Assembly (NCBI GenBank): GCA_964606895.1
Contig: CAZSHX010000003.1
Location: 11,921-75,920, forward strand
Length of the DNA stretch: 64,000 nucleotides
Source of the DNA: an uncultured Hyphomicrobiales bacterium
GTDB taxonomy: Bacteria > Bacteroidota > Ignavibacteria > Kapaibacteriales > UBA2268
Direction: 5' to 3'
Below are positions 51,901 to 60,800 of the stretch, piece by piece. Position 1 is the first letter of the stretch; every line of letters starts with the position of its first letter. Under the pieces are notes generated by a model that searched no databases, was not told the DNA's origin, and saw nothing but the letters and a program-made list of their open reading frames with translations. Made by a program: the position numbers and the translations under genes.

Positions 51901-52169
51901 TTGAAGAAAATTCAATTATAGGAGAAAATGTTTATATTTACCCAAATCCAAATGACGGAAATTTTGATTTAACAATCAAATCTGACAAAATGGATAATTA
52001 CAAAGTTTCTATTCAGAATATTTTGGGTTTAACCATTCAGGAATTGTCATTTAGTATTGATAAAAAATGGTCGGGACAGATTGATTTAACCAAATATTCT
52101 GCCGGAGTTTACAATGTTATTATAAAAAATTCTTTTGAAACTAAAGTTTTAAAGGTTATTAAAAACTAA
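48912..52169 (+). CDS. BNR/Sortilin (GH74-like) double beta-propeller protein with Ig-like domains and a T9SS C-terminal sorting domain (paralog 2)
   Basis: Same architecture as the upstream gene and collinear with it. Gap of 4 nt. The likely start is the Met at 48945 (MKKVLNIV). Confidence 0.7.
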   Translation: MLLKLKSQRIKMKKVLNIVTIVLCVLFAGYTADSQTQLQNLAKQSNPKFEDVRNASEAIWKDIPVDQRKGWKQFKRWEYFWQSRLNPDGTFPNSNQLMNSIKSVQVQNQKSSDKMQGNVPQWKSLGPKVNPNSGSTELGIGRLNVIRFNPVNSKIIWAGSAGGGLWRSLNGGKNWETFAFTQFLSLGVSDIAISMSNPSTIYVATGDADGIGGGGGNSYSIGVIKSIDNGLTWEVTNLNYGFANQKLVSRLLVDPKNSNILLAATIEGIFKTTDGGASWARKSDNIYFKDMEFKPDDPNVIYSVTNGWSGTCTIFKSVDMGETWKQGYSVSGTSRIALAVTSANSNNVYAVCAASNSSFHSFLKSDDEGETWTNLYDNNKGVNLLGREDGTGNDRYVGQGWYDLCLAISPFDENEIFVGGVNIWKSTTGGSSWTLNAHWYGGQGGKPYVHADQHDLIYDENDGYLYSANDGGIDRTMDGGVKWTNFNNGMNITQYYRIACSAQDSNVIYGGAQDNGSHRYEKGTWTKVYGGDGMNCEVDWVDPLTAYVSLYNGALYRTTNGFSFSKMDITSEGGAWVTPFIISPINHFVLYAGFKNVWKSEDGGRKWSKLYSLNNNTTLRSLAAAPSDSNTIYAATYNTLWVTYDGGKSWTTIPNVPESISSIAVDPKNAKRFWLTNDGFNDKNKVFEYNGDTKTNISGNLPNLPVNCVTYQKDSPDRLYIGTDIGVYYSDYGSANWEPFGEGLPNLIVNDIEIHYGSSKLLIATYGRGVWETNIINCNLSEPQVKTIGKTVFCWGDSVILESVGDYQDLYWSTGEKTKRITVKESGDYNITIVDPSGCKASSKAIIVDVKSASPIQIKPIGKFPVCEGDVISLELNVPMGFNKYLWSTGDTIRRIKITQPGKYNVTATTSDGCFSTDSFEIIIYPRPEKPNIIRYWYKLLKASDALSFQWYLDGKIISGATDQILEIDKLGDYTVQISDKNGCTNTSELYNVISGVEENSIIGENVYIYPNPNDGNFDLTIKSDKMDNYKVSIQNILGLTIQELSFSIDKKWSGQIDLTKYSAGVYNVIIKNSFETKVLKVIKN

Positions 52170-52175
52170 AAAATT

Positions 52176-52778
52176 ATGATTGCCAGATTAAAAGGAAAAT
52201 TAGCTCAAAAAGGTTCAACCGAAGTTATTATTGACTGCGGCGGTGTCGGATATTTGGTATTTGTTTCTGTAAATACTTCATCGCAATTGCCCGCTGAGGG
52301 AGAGGACGTTGTTCTGTTAACTCTGTTAATCCCTCGCGAAGATGCTCTGCAACTTTTTGGATTTATAAATGATGAGGAAAGAGAAGCTTTCAAGCTTTTA
52401 ATCTCCATATCCGGCATAGGACCCAAGATTGCAATGGGTGTTCTGTCGTCGTTAACTGTATCTGACCTTCAGCAATACATTCTTTCGGGTAACATTGTAT
52501 CTTTGCAAAAGATGCCCGGTATCGGCAAGAAAACAGCCGAAAGGATTCATCTTGAGCTGAAGGATAAAATTTCCAAACTTGGAATTTCCGATAAATCAAT
52601 GCCCGGTGGAATTACAAATCTGATTCGTTCAGAAGCTGTTTCGGCATTGATTGCTTTGGGTTATTCAAGTGCTATAGCAGAAAAAGCTGTTAGAAAAGTC
52701 TATGAAGGTGAGAACAGCGAAGGATTAACTGCAGAAAATTTAATCAGAAAATCATTAAAAATTGCAGTAAGTATATAG
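52176..52778 (+). CDS. ruvA: Holliday junction branch-migration protein RuvA
   Basis: N-terminal OB domain (MIARLKGKL…VIIDCGGVGYLVFVS), HhH motifs (GIGPKIA, GIGKKTAERI), C-terminal RuvB-binding domain. Confidence 0.9.
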   Translation: MIARLKGKLAQKGSTEVIIDCGGVGYLVFVSVNTSSQLPAEGEDVVLLTLLIPREDALQLFGFINDEEREAFKLLISISGIGPKIAMGVLSSLTVSDLQQYILSGNIVSLQKMPGIGKKTAERIHLELKDKISKLGISDKSMPGGITNLIRSEAVSALIALGYSSAIAEKAVRKVYEGENSEGLTAENLIRKSLKIAVSI

Positions 52779-52796
52779 CATATATGGTTCGAATAG

Positions 52797-52838
52797 AAAA
52801 GGGATGTTATTAGTAACTATATGACATCCCTTTTTTTA
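52797..52838. terminator. Rho-independent terminator after ruvA (possibly bidirectional)
   Basis: Hairpin gggatgttattagtaactatatgacatccc followed by ttttttt. Confidence 0.65.
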
Positions 52839-52858
52839 TAAAAATCTGCTGAAAAAGA

Positions 52859-53506
52859 TTAGAAGTAATTAACTAAATACTTGCTCAAATCTTTTCCGAG
52901 TTTTGCATAAGCTTCCATGATTCTTGTTCCGGTATCAAAATCATATCCACCGAAGGAAGCACCCTGAACTTTATCATGCTGTAATTTTGCAAGTACTTTA
53001 CCAGGATTTTTAGTTTCAACAAATGTAATATCCACATTAATGTGGGCATTTTTTCTGGAAATATAGATATTATACCCGGGTTCTGTATATACAGTATGTA
53101 TAATCATTGTATATTTAGCATCATCCCAGCCTGTATCGCCGTTAACATTGATTTTGCCCATATATTTATTGAACAATTCTTCAAATTTAGGCTGGAATCT
53201 TGTTGCTCTGTCGTTAACCCATGCTTTTCTCCAGTTATCACCTTTGCCGGGTTCTTTGTCGTTGTATTCGGTAACTTTTTTGTTGATGTATTCTTCTTCT
53301 TTTTCGAATTTACCTACACCCATATTGCTATAGTCATATTTAATTTTTATCTTGCCCTGACCTTTTAGGAAACCAAGGTCACCTTCTACCATCTTAATTC
53401 CACCGCATGATGACAGCAGAAAAGAAATTGCAAAAACAGCTGTAATAATTGCTGTAAATTTTAAATGTTTCATTCGAAACTCCTTAAATTTGTAAAAAAA
53501 AATCAA
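52859..53506 (-). CDS. Hypothetical lipoprotein
   Basis: Lipobox LLSSC after the signal peptide. The likely start is the Met at ~53473. The C-terminal GASFGGYDFDTG motif resembles the C-terminus of the neighbouring 206-aa protein. Confidence 0.5.
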   Translation of the reverse strand: MIFFYKFKEFRMKHLKFTAIITAVFAISFLLSSCGGIKMVEGDLGFLKGQGKIKIKYDYSNMGVGKFEKEEEYINKKVTEYNDKEPGKGDNWRKAWVNDRATRFQPKFEELFNKYMGKINVNGDTGWDDAKYTMIIHTVYTEPGYNIYISRKNAHINVDITFVETKNPGKVLAKLQHDKVQGASFGGYDFDTGTRIMEAYAKLGKDLSKYLVNYF

Positions 53507-53553
53507 AAATTAGAAATCATTATTTATCAACTTTGACTAATTCAAAATCTTTG

Positions 53554-54174
53554 TTATTTCCCGTATTTTTCTTTCCATACAGGATAAATTTTTTCGCAGT
53601 GTTCCATTCCGTTATAGAATACTTTTGCCCAAAAATTTCTGAAACCAAAGCCACCGGCGGCGGCAGATACATTTTCCATAAAAAGAATATTCTTTGATGC
53701 AATATCGAAAAACACTACATAGAAAGTACCACTCTCCGTTGATTTATTCATATATTCGGCAATGAACACAAGACCAACTCCATCTTTGGATTGAATGTTA
53801 TAAGATGAAATTAATTTTTGAATCATTGGTTCAGTAAGTCTATTTGTTACCTGACCACTAATTTCATCAGGTTTAATTTTCAAATTTCCGGGTGCAACTA
53901 CTTCCAAATCATAAATGATACTTGCTTTGTAGAAAAACTTTCCGGGATTATACTTTTTCATTTCTTTTAAAAATAAGCCATTAATACTCGGAATATGTTT
54001 GTTGATGACATCATTCTTATCTTTAATCCCCTCCGGATAAAAGAATTTAGCATGTGTAAAGTCAATTCCGCAAAACACTATTTCGTTAGATTCGAAAACA
54101 TCTTTGGCAGTCTTTGAAGAAAGAACACCAAAAGAGATTAGCAATATTGCCGAAAAAAATAAAATCTTTTTCAT
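53554..54174 (-). CDS. Hypothetical secreted protein
   Basis: Signal peptide. 206 aa. C-terminal AAGGFGFRNFW motif shared with the adjacent lipoprotein. Confidence 0.5.
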   Translation of the reverse strand: MKKILFFSAILLISFGVLSSKTAKDVFESNEIVFCGIDFTHAKFFYPEGIKDKNDVINKHIPSINGLFLKEMKKYNPGKFFYKASIIYDLEVVAPGNLKIKPDEISGQVTNRLTEPMIQKLISSYNIQSKDGVGLVFIAEYMNKSTESGTFYVVFFDIASKNILFMENVSAAAGGFGFRNFWAKVFYNGMEHCEKIYPVWKEKYGK

Positions 54175-54195
54175 ATATTTATCCTCCTTTATTAA

Positions 54196-54930
54196 TTATC
54201 TTCTTTTTCTTGTTGCAACATGTTCGAAAACGTCATGAATGCGAAACATTGCCGAAATATTAACGAAAAATTCCTTTTCACTTCTATATATCGGGTCACT
54301 TTGTCTTGAACTGTAAGTATCCAGATAATAAGTGTAATCATAATCTGCGGCACCAATCAGATAAGAAAATCTATAACCCATATCTCCGCAAATGGAGAAC
54401 ATACTTCCAATATTGAAATTAATTCCAACTACAGGAGCAAATCCTAATCCAAACTGGACTGATGTAAATTCATTAGAATTTGAATTTCCGCTACCGACTC
54501 CCCATCCCAATCTAATCTGTGGTCCAGCCCATACCCGCATAAAATTTGTTCTTACAAAACCAAAACCCAAAGTGTTATCAAATGAGATTTTATACATGTC
54601 GTAATCGTATCCGTTAGTGGCATAAGTTCCATTTGGATACCTTTGATTAATACCGTCAAATTTATTTGACTGAGTGCTAAATCCAACATTTAAACGATAG
54701 TTTACAAGTTTATCATCAGCAACTTTAGTATCGAGGACGAATCCAATACCATAAGCACTGTGAGTTGTGTTCCAAGGTCTGATTGCTGTTGAGGATTCCT
54801 GAATCTCATCGTAGCCTGAACCAAATGTTAATGGTGCATACAAACCGAGTCCGATTGAATAACTTGTTGAAACTGAAGCAAATAAAAGTAAAGAAAAAAG
54901 CAAAATTTGATTTTTAGAAAATAGTTTCAT
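54196..54930 (-). CDS. Putative outer-membrane beta-barrel protein
   Basis: Signal peptide. Alternating hydrophobic/aromatic beta-strand pattern rich in G, Y, F and N throughout (OMP_b-brl-like). Confidence 0.45.
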   Translation of the reverse strand: MKLFSKNQILLFSLLLFASVSTSYSIGLGLYAPLTFGSGYDEIQESSTAIRPWNTTHSAYGIGFVLDTKVADDKLVNYRLNVGFSTQSNKFDGINQRYPNGTYATNGYDYDMYKISFDNTLGFGFVRTNFMRVWAGPQIRLGWGVGSGNSNSNEFTSVQFGLGFAPVVGINFNIGSMFSICGDMGYRFSYLIGAADYDYTYYLDTYSSRQSDPIYRSEKEFFVNISAMFRIHDVFEHVATRKRR

Positions 54931-55187
54931 TCATACTCCTTTATAATTTGAAAACAAATAAGAATAACAGAATCTAAAATTAGCAAAAAAAAATACATTA
55001 ACCAAACTTTTGTAATAAAAATATCCAAAGTTTGTTGATTTTTTGAAAAATTTACTTCTGACTGAATCCAAATTATTGAAGTTGATTGAATGTCGAATCA
55101 AATGGCTAAAACAAACTGTCTATTTTTTATTTATTTAACTACGATATAAATTTGTTTATCTGCGGTCTATATACAATAGAAGGATTT

Positions 55188-55901
55188 CTAATAGCCTGTA
55201 GATAAAGACAAAAACTGAAAAACAAGCAAAAATTCCGATAATTTCAGAAAAACACGTTTTGTGAAAAAGAAATAAAATATGAGGCTGAAATTGTCTAATA
55301 ATCGAATTTGAAAACGCCAAATGCAGTTGAGAATCCAAGATAAGAAGAAATTTGAGTTGGCAAGGGACTGTTTAGGTGTTCCAATGCCGAATAACTTTCT
55401 CATAAGAAGAGAAAGGTTGTAGCTCGCCACAGCGATTCTATATCGCTTCAGTATGTTTTCGTTTTTGCTAAGAGTGGTTCTTTGCTGACCGCCTGAGTCA
55501 AGTACTTGAGCAAAACTTCGCTCAACCTGCGATCCGCGTAGTCCCAGAAGTGCCTTACCTTCCTTGCTTTTTACTTCGGCTTTTGCGAAACGCAGTGGTA
55601 TTCTTTCTTCAATAGTAAGCTTTTCCAGATTACGATTGTAAATGAAGTCGGGAATTACTGTCATAACGTCCATATCATGAATTGCTTGAATCTCAGTCGC
55701 TTTAAAATATCCTTTGTCCGATGTAACTGTCTGAATCTGTAAAACAGTTGTAGGGTCTTCAGCTATGTCGTTAAGTCTGATCTGGGCATTAATAATACGT
55801 TCGGAAAGCTCGCTTGAATCGGCTTGATTACAGTGAAGCATGTTTACTTCTATTATTGCACCTGTGACAGGGGCAACATTAAGGTCAAATTTTGAGTTCA
55901 T
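55188..55901 (-). CDS. DDE transposase (identical to the one at 37638..38351)
   Basis: Identical 237-aa ORF. Confidence 0.65.
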   Translation of the reverse strand: MNSKFDLNVAPVTGAIIEVNMLHCNQADSSELSERIINAQIRLNDIAEDPTTVLQIQTVTSDKGYFKATEIQAIHDMDVMTVIPDFIYNRNLEKLTIEERIPLRFAKAEVKSKEGKALLGLRGSQVERSFAQVLDSGGQQRTTLSKNENILKRYRIAVASYNLSLLMRKLFGIGTPKQSLANSNFFLSWILNCIWRFQIRLLDNFSLIFYFFFTKRVFLKLSEFLLVFQFLSLSTGY

Positions 55902-56041
55902 GAGTGGGAATCCACATTGATGTTTGTTTTGGTATCTTTTTCTTCTTAATCATTATGATCTTCGATATTTGTTATATATTTTATACCATTAAGACTTAAA
56001 TCGTGTTTATTGTTGTATTGATTAATCAACAGGCTCTTAAT
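55188..56041 (-). mobile_element. IS element copy 2 (identical to 37638..38491, same orientation)
   Basis: 854/854 identity by direct comparison. Inserted 9 bp after the stop of the - strand gene ending at 56050. Confidence 0.75.
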
Positions 56042-56049
56042 ATGCCCGC

Positions 56050-57357
56050 CTACTCTATCTTGATAAAACTCCCTTCAAAAAGATTGCTTTCTGATTTCAT
56101 CCTGAAGAAATACCACCCTGATGGAATTGAATTTAAATGTAAATTGATTACTTTATCATTTAATTCAATAATTTCGGAGTACCTGCTTGCTGTTAATTGT
56201 CCGTAAGAATTGTAAATATCAATTGATGAGCAATTTAAAACACCATTTTCAAATTTGAAAACTAACATGTTATTTTTGACAAATTTATCATAAGTGATTG
56301 TTGGTTTGAGTTTTATCTGCCTGATTCCAAAGGCACAGACATCAATTGTTATACTGCCATCTTTAAGAGAATATGTGCAATTTGAATCATTAACAGAAAA
56401 ATCATAAATCATTAAAGGATTGATTTGGTTCCCGGACAAATAGATTTTTCCTGTTAATTTCATGGGAATCGTTGAGTCATTCGAAAATTCAGCAGTGCCT
56501 GAGATAGTTATCTTTCTGATTCCATCTTCTATTTTATTGCTTATAATATTTGCGGAACATTGTTCATGAAGGAATAATCCTGCATCATACCCCAAAGTAG
56601 TTGTATATGCTAATTTTCGAGGTGATTTCAATTGATTTGTTATCGCTTTAAGTGGTATTTCAAATCTTGATTGACTTGGTATGGCAAAAGTATCAGGCAA
56701 CCAAACCCTTATTTCGAAATCAGCTTGATGATACTGAATATTGAAATTATCTATTGCCCAGCTTTCATTTGAGAGATTTGGAAAATTGTCTTTGAGATTT
56801 GCTTCAAGAGAAATTGATAAAGAATAATTAATATGGGGAATCACTTTTTCAATCCGAAAAATTGCATACTTTGTTATTCCGTAAGTAATAAACTTATTGC
56901 TACTGGTTTTCCATGGGAAATTACCTTTTGGGTAGTCGTCGGGATAGGCTTGATTCTGTCCTTCATTAAGAGAAAACGTTGTATTTATTAAACTTTTGTC
57001 ATCAGCCTGCATAATGAACAAATCCGGAGTATCAACGTTTTTGCTGTCTTTATTACCGTCCCAAGTGTTAATAATTATTAAGTCATAGCTTATTCGAACT
57101 GAATCATGTTCGGGTATATTTTGGGATTGGTAGATTATTTTTTGTTTGCCGAACTGACCAAGGAATCCAGTAGTAGAATTTTTAATTGAGTCAATTTGAA
57201 TGGGATTTTGCCAAACAGGATTACGGACATCAGTTGACCATGAACAAGTATCAATATTTTCTTCAAATGAACTTGATAAATAATTCCACCATTTTGATTG
57301 TGCGGAATAGGAAGTCAAAAAAAGCAATAATATGATAACCCATTTAGACATATTCAT
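56050..57357 (-). CDS. Secreted hypothetical protein with a T9SS-type C-terminal tail
   Basis: Signal peptide. C-terminal beta tail (…LNSIPSGWYFFRMKSESNLFEGSFIKIE). Confidence 0.5.
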   Translation of the reverse strand: MNMSKWVIILLLFLTSYSAQSKWWNYLSSSFEENIDTCSWSTDVRNPVWQNPIQIDSIKNSTTGFLGQFGKQKIIYQSQNIPEHDSVRISYDLIIINTWDGNKDSKNVDTPDLFIMQADDKSLINTTFSLNEGQNQAYPDDYPKGNFPWKTSSNKFITYGITKYAIFRIEKVIPHINYSLSISLEANLKDNFPNLSNESWAIDNFNIQYHQADFEIRVWLPDTFAIPSQSRFEIPLKAITNQLKSPRKLAYTTTLGYDAGLFLHEQCSANIISNKIEDGIRKITISGTAEFSNDSTIPMKLTGKIYLSGNQINPLMIYDFSVNDSNCTYSLKDGSITIDVCAFGIRQIKLKPTITYDKFVKNNMLVFKFENGVLNCSSIDIYNSYGQLTASRYSEIIELNDKVINLHLNSIPSGWYFFRMKSESNLFEGSFIKIE

Positions 57358-57453
57358 TTACATATATATTTTTAAGATTTTAAAGACGCAATGAAATAAA
57401 TTTATTTGAAATAATAATATAAACATCAGAATCGTCAATGTATTTTTGCATTA

Positions 57454-58197
57454 ATGAAAATAAATATGGTTTCTGAAATTCACAAAATCGTTAGTTCAAA
57501 CCTTTCAAAAGAGGTTGAATTGAAATTTTATGGTCATTATGGTGCGGCTCTTTTGCTCTTTCCTGCTTTGGCAGATCATGTTGAAGAATACGAAGAAAAC
57601 GGTCTGATTCAGTCAATTTCTCATCTTATAAAAAAAGGCAAATGCAGGGTTTTCAGCATTGGTAATGTTAACAGCAAATGCTGGCTGAATGATTCCCTTT
57701 CCAATGAAGAAAAGTCAAAGCGTCATTTGGAATTCAATAATTTCATAATGGAAGAATTACTCTCAGAAATTTATGCCCACTGCGGTGGTCCTGTTCCTAT
57801 TATCACCTGTGGTGCATCTATGGGTGCCTACCATGCGGCAAATGCATATTTTCGCAGACCTGATGTTTTTCATGGCGTTGTTTCCATGAGCGGCTTCTAC
57901 AATATTGATGTCCTTGCCAAAGGATATTACGATTCAAATTGTTATTTCAACTCACCTGTTCATTATCTTCCAAATTTGACTGATAACTACTGGCTCTCTT
58001 TTCTTATCAGCAAAAAACATGTTTACTTACTCAGCGGTTCAGGAACCGATGAAAACCCTTCTGCAACTGTTCATTTTCATGATATTCTTACAGCAAAGGG
58101 AATTCCGCATAACCTCGAAATCTGGGATGACAAATGGGGACACAACTGGAACACGTGGAACAAGATGCTCCCAAAAATCATTGAATCCAGATTCTGA
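57454..58197 (+). CDS. Alpha/beta-hydrolase, putative esterase (esterase-D / enterochelin-esterase-like family)
   Basis: Nucleophile elbow GASMGA. Family-like layout with a His near the C-terminus (WGHNW). 247 aa. Confidence 0.55.
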   Translation: MKINMVSEIHKIVSSNLSKEVELKFYGHYGAALLLFPALADHVEEYEENGLIQSISHLIKKGKCRVFSIGNVNSKCWLNDSLSNEEKSKRHLEFNNFIMEELLSEIYAHCGGPVPIITCGASMGAYHAANAYFRRPDVFHGVVSMSGFYNIDVLAKGYYDSNCYFNSPVHYLPNLTDNYWLSFLISKKHVYLLSGSGTDENPSATVHFHDILTAKGIPHNLEIWDDKWGHNWNTWNKMLPKIIESRF

Positions 58198-58485
58198 TAT
58201 TGTATATCTTTCTTCTTTTTCCGTTCCGTTAGTTTTTAAAGTTGACTTCTAAACTATTCATTTTTTCAATACAATTCCCAAATTGCATCTTTTTGTTTTT
58301 TTTCAAAAAAGCTACAATGTCATTTCGATTCATAACTCATTCGGGTATTATTTTCATCGGGTTAGAACATCAGTTCCAATGACCTTTTTTAATTCCCTGC
58401 CATGACCAATCTTCTTCTTCATTAACAGAATTAGATATTGTTGAAAAAAAATATGTATTTTTGTACTTATTTTTTGAACTGAATT

Positions 58486-60261
58486 ATGCGAATAACTTCT
58501 GTTAGAGACAAACTGATTGTGGCATTTGTTCTGCTGAGTGTGACGGCAGTGGCACTCGTTGGCGGATATGCATACATAAAAGCAAAATCTGCACTGACCG
58601 AGCGCACGTTCGACCAGCTTATTTCTCTGCGTGTGGTGAAAAAACGTCAGATTGAATCTTATTTCAGCGATAGACTCAAAGATATCAGGATTTTTGCTGA
58701 ATCTGAGCATATATCAGAAATCCTGCCCGATATTTTCATTGATAAGAACAAAATCTCAAGTACCACAGCAGTTGATGCTATTCGTCAATATCTGCAATAT
58801 AATAAATATTTCAGAAGCATTTCCATTTTGAATGGGAACAATGAGTTAATAAAGCTGGAACGAACAGGTAATACAAGTTTTGAAAAGTGTTACGATTCTT
58901 CAATTATTCAAAAAACAAAAAATAGTATCAGGCAGAAACAATTTGTGATATTGGATAACTCCAAAAACGGTCAGAATAATCCGAATGTTTGCATTATTGC
59001 ACCCATGAGTTTTCATTTCACTTCCGAGTGTGCTCTGCTTTTTGAAATTGATATTTCAACTATTAATGAAATTATGCTTGAGACTAATCCCAAAGAAGGT
59101 GTTGGCGAATCGGGCGAATCCTATATTGTAGCCGATGATTTGCTGATGAGAACTCAATCCAGACTGCATAAAAATCTGCCCCTGAAAATCAAGGTCAATA
59201 CCTACGCCACTCAAAACATGATGATAGGAAAAGAAGGGACCGCAGAATATTTGGATTACCGTAATGTCAAGGTACTTGGTTCCTACAGCAAGCTTGATGT
59301 GCAGGGCTTGAACTGGTTCGTTCTTGCCGAAATTGATTTCAACGAAGCATTCAAACCTATTGCAGGTTTGCGAAACAGTATTTTGCTGATAACAATAATA
59401 ATCACACTCATAGTTTTCATCGTTTCATTTATTTTGTCCCGACAGGTAACAATCCCGATTATAAAGCTCACAAATGCCGCTACAGAAATCGGAGAAGGCA
59501 GGTACGACCAGAAAATTGAAATAAAAACGAATGACGAAATCGGCAAACTGACCGAAACTTTCAATCTGATGGTTTCCAAATTGAAACATTCCGAGGAAGA
59601 CCTGAAACGCGAAAGAATGCAAAGACTTTCTGCTTCTATTGACGCTATGGAACTCGAACGCAAGCGGCTTTCGAGGGAATTGCACGACGGACTCGGGCAG
59701 AATCTTGTAGGGATGAAGCTCAAACTGGAAAGCATGGATTTATTGAAATCCGAGCGGGCGGCTACAATTTTATCCGAGACCAAAACAGCCATGAACGACT
59801 GCATTAACGAAGTCAGGAGCATTTCTAACGGATTGATGCCTGCCGTTCTGATTGAGTTCGGGATAGTTAATGCAATTAGAAATCTATGCGACGAGCTGAA
59901 TGAGTACTCCAGATTAAAAGTAACAATGAAATCGAACCTTAGCAAAGAAATCAAAAGCTCCAGAATAAAGATTTACATATTTAGAATAATTCAGGAAGCG
60001 TTGAAGAATGCCGTAATGCACGCTGATGCAGTGAGTGCGGTGGTGGAATTAACTGAGGATAGCACAGATTTAATCATTTCCGTAAAAGATAATGGTTGCG
60101 GGTTTGATTCGTCCAAAGCAACTACGGGTAACGGACTGTACAACATACAAGAGCGGATTGCACTGATGGGCGGGAAATTTATTCTCAAGTCTGCTTTCAA
60201 CAGCGGAACCGAAATTATAGCAATAATTCCAATTGACAGGTTGAATGATGAAGAAAGTTAA
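58486..60261 (+). CDS. Sensor histidine kinase: two TM segments flanking a Cache-like periplasmic domain, then HAMP, a HisKA_3 (NarX/DegS-type) H-box and HATPase_c
   Basis: H-box ERKRLSRELHDGLGQNL. ATPase N/G boxes (IQEALKNAVMHA; VKDNGCGFD; GNGLYNIQER). No adjacent response regulator. Confidence 0.8.
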   Translation: MRITSVRDKLIVAFVLLSVTAVALVGGYAYIKAKSALTERTFDQLISLRVVKKRQIESYFSDRLKDIRIFAESEHISEILPDIFIDKNKISSTTAVDAIRQYLQYNKYFRSISILNGNNELIKLERTGNTSFEKCYDSSIIQKTKNSIRQKQFVILDNSKNGQNNPNVCIIAPMSFHFTSECALLFEIDISTINEIMLETNPKEGVGESGESYIVADDLLMRTQSRLHKNLPLKIKVNTYATQNMMIGKEGTAEYLDYRNVKVLGSYSKLDVQGLNWFVLAEIDFNEAFKPIAGLRNSILLITIIITLIVFIVSFILSRQVTIPIIKLTNAATEIGEGRYDQKIEIKTNDEIGKLTETFNLMVSKLKHSEEDLKRERMQRLSASIDAMELERKRLSRELHDGLGQNLVGMKLKLESMDLLKSERAATILSETKTAMNDCINEVRSISNGLMPAVLIEFGIVNAIRNLCDELNEYSRLKVTMKSNLSKEIKSSRIKIYIFRIIQEALKNAVMHADAVSAVVELTEDSTDLIISVKDNGCGFDSSKATTGNGLYNIQERIALMGGKFILKSAFNSGTEIIAIIPIDRLNDEES

Positions 60262-60314
60262 GGAAATATTGGTAGATAAAAACAACTAAATTCAATTTAC
60301 TTTATGAGAATTTC

Positions 60315-60800
60315 ATGAAAAGCAAAAAATTTCAAATTGTAACCCTACTTTTAATAATGACATCAATCATGTTGTTTCTTCTTTATGATAATCATATTAA
60401 GTCAAAAAGAATTGAAAAACTAACTCAGCAAGTAAAGATTCTACAGCCAAAATATACTGCAAAGGATACAACAGAACTATTGAATTTGGTATTATATGTT
60501 AAAGAGTTTGAGGCAAATTCAAAATTATTAGATTCAACAAAACGAATATTAATTTCCACATATCCATTCTTCACCAGAGATTACTCTCTGACTAAATTTG
60601 GGAAAAAAGTAGAATTTTATTATAATCCAACAATGACACCGTGGCTTGATAATGAGTTTGTGTTTGATGAATTCAAACTATATCAAAATGATTCTGCTTA
60701 CATTTATTTTAAATTTAGTGAATATAGGTGTGGGTGTTTCTCCTTTAAAATTGATCATGGGAAATGGGTCGTTAAGGATTATGAGTTTGGTCGAAAATAA
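60315..60800 (+). CDS. Hypothetical membrane-anchored protein
   Basis: 161-aa ORF with an N-terminal TM/signal segment, immediately downstream of the kinase. Confidence 0.4.
   Translation: MKSKKFQIVTLLLIMTSIMLFLLYDNHIKSKRIEKLTQQVKILQPKYTAKDTTELLNLVLYVKEFEANSKLLDSTKRILISTYPFFTRDYSLTKFGKKVEFYYNPTMTPWLDNEFVFDEFKLYQNDSAYIYFKFSEYRCGCFSFKIDHGKWVVKDYEFGRK

Noticed and set aside
52781-52796. tRNA T-arm-like ggttcgaat
   Set aside because: It is not followed by the conserved CC, and no acceptor or anticodon stems can be built around it. It lies within the ruvA terminator region.
37638-56041. Composite transposon delimited by the two IS copies
   Set aside because: The interval contains core housekeeping genes (pgk, ruvA) in normal context, so it is more likely two independent insertions into the chromosome than a mobile composite unit.
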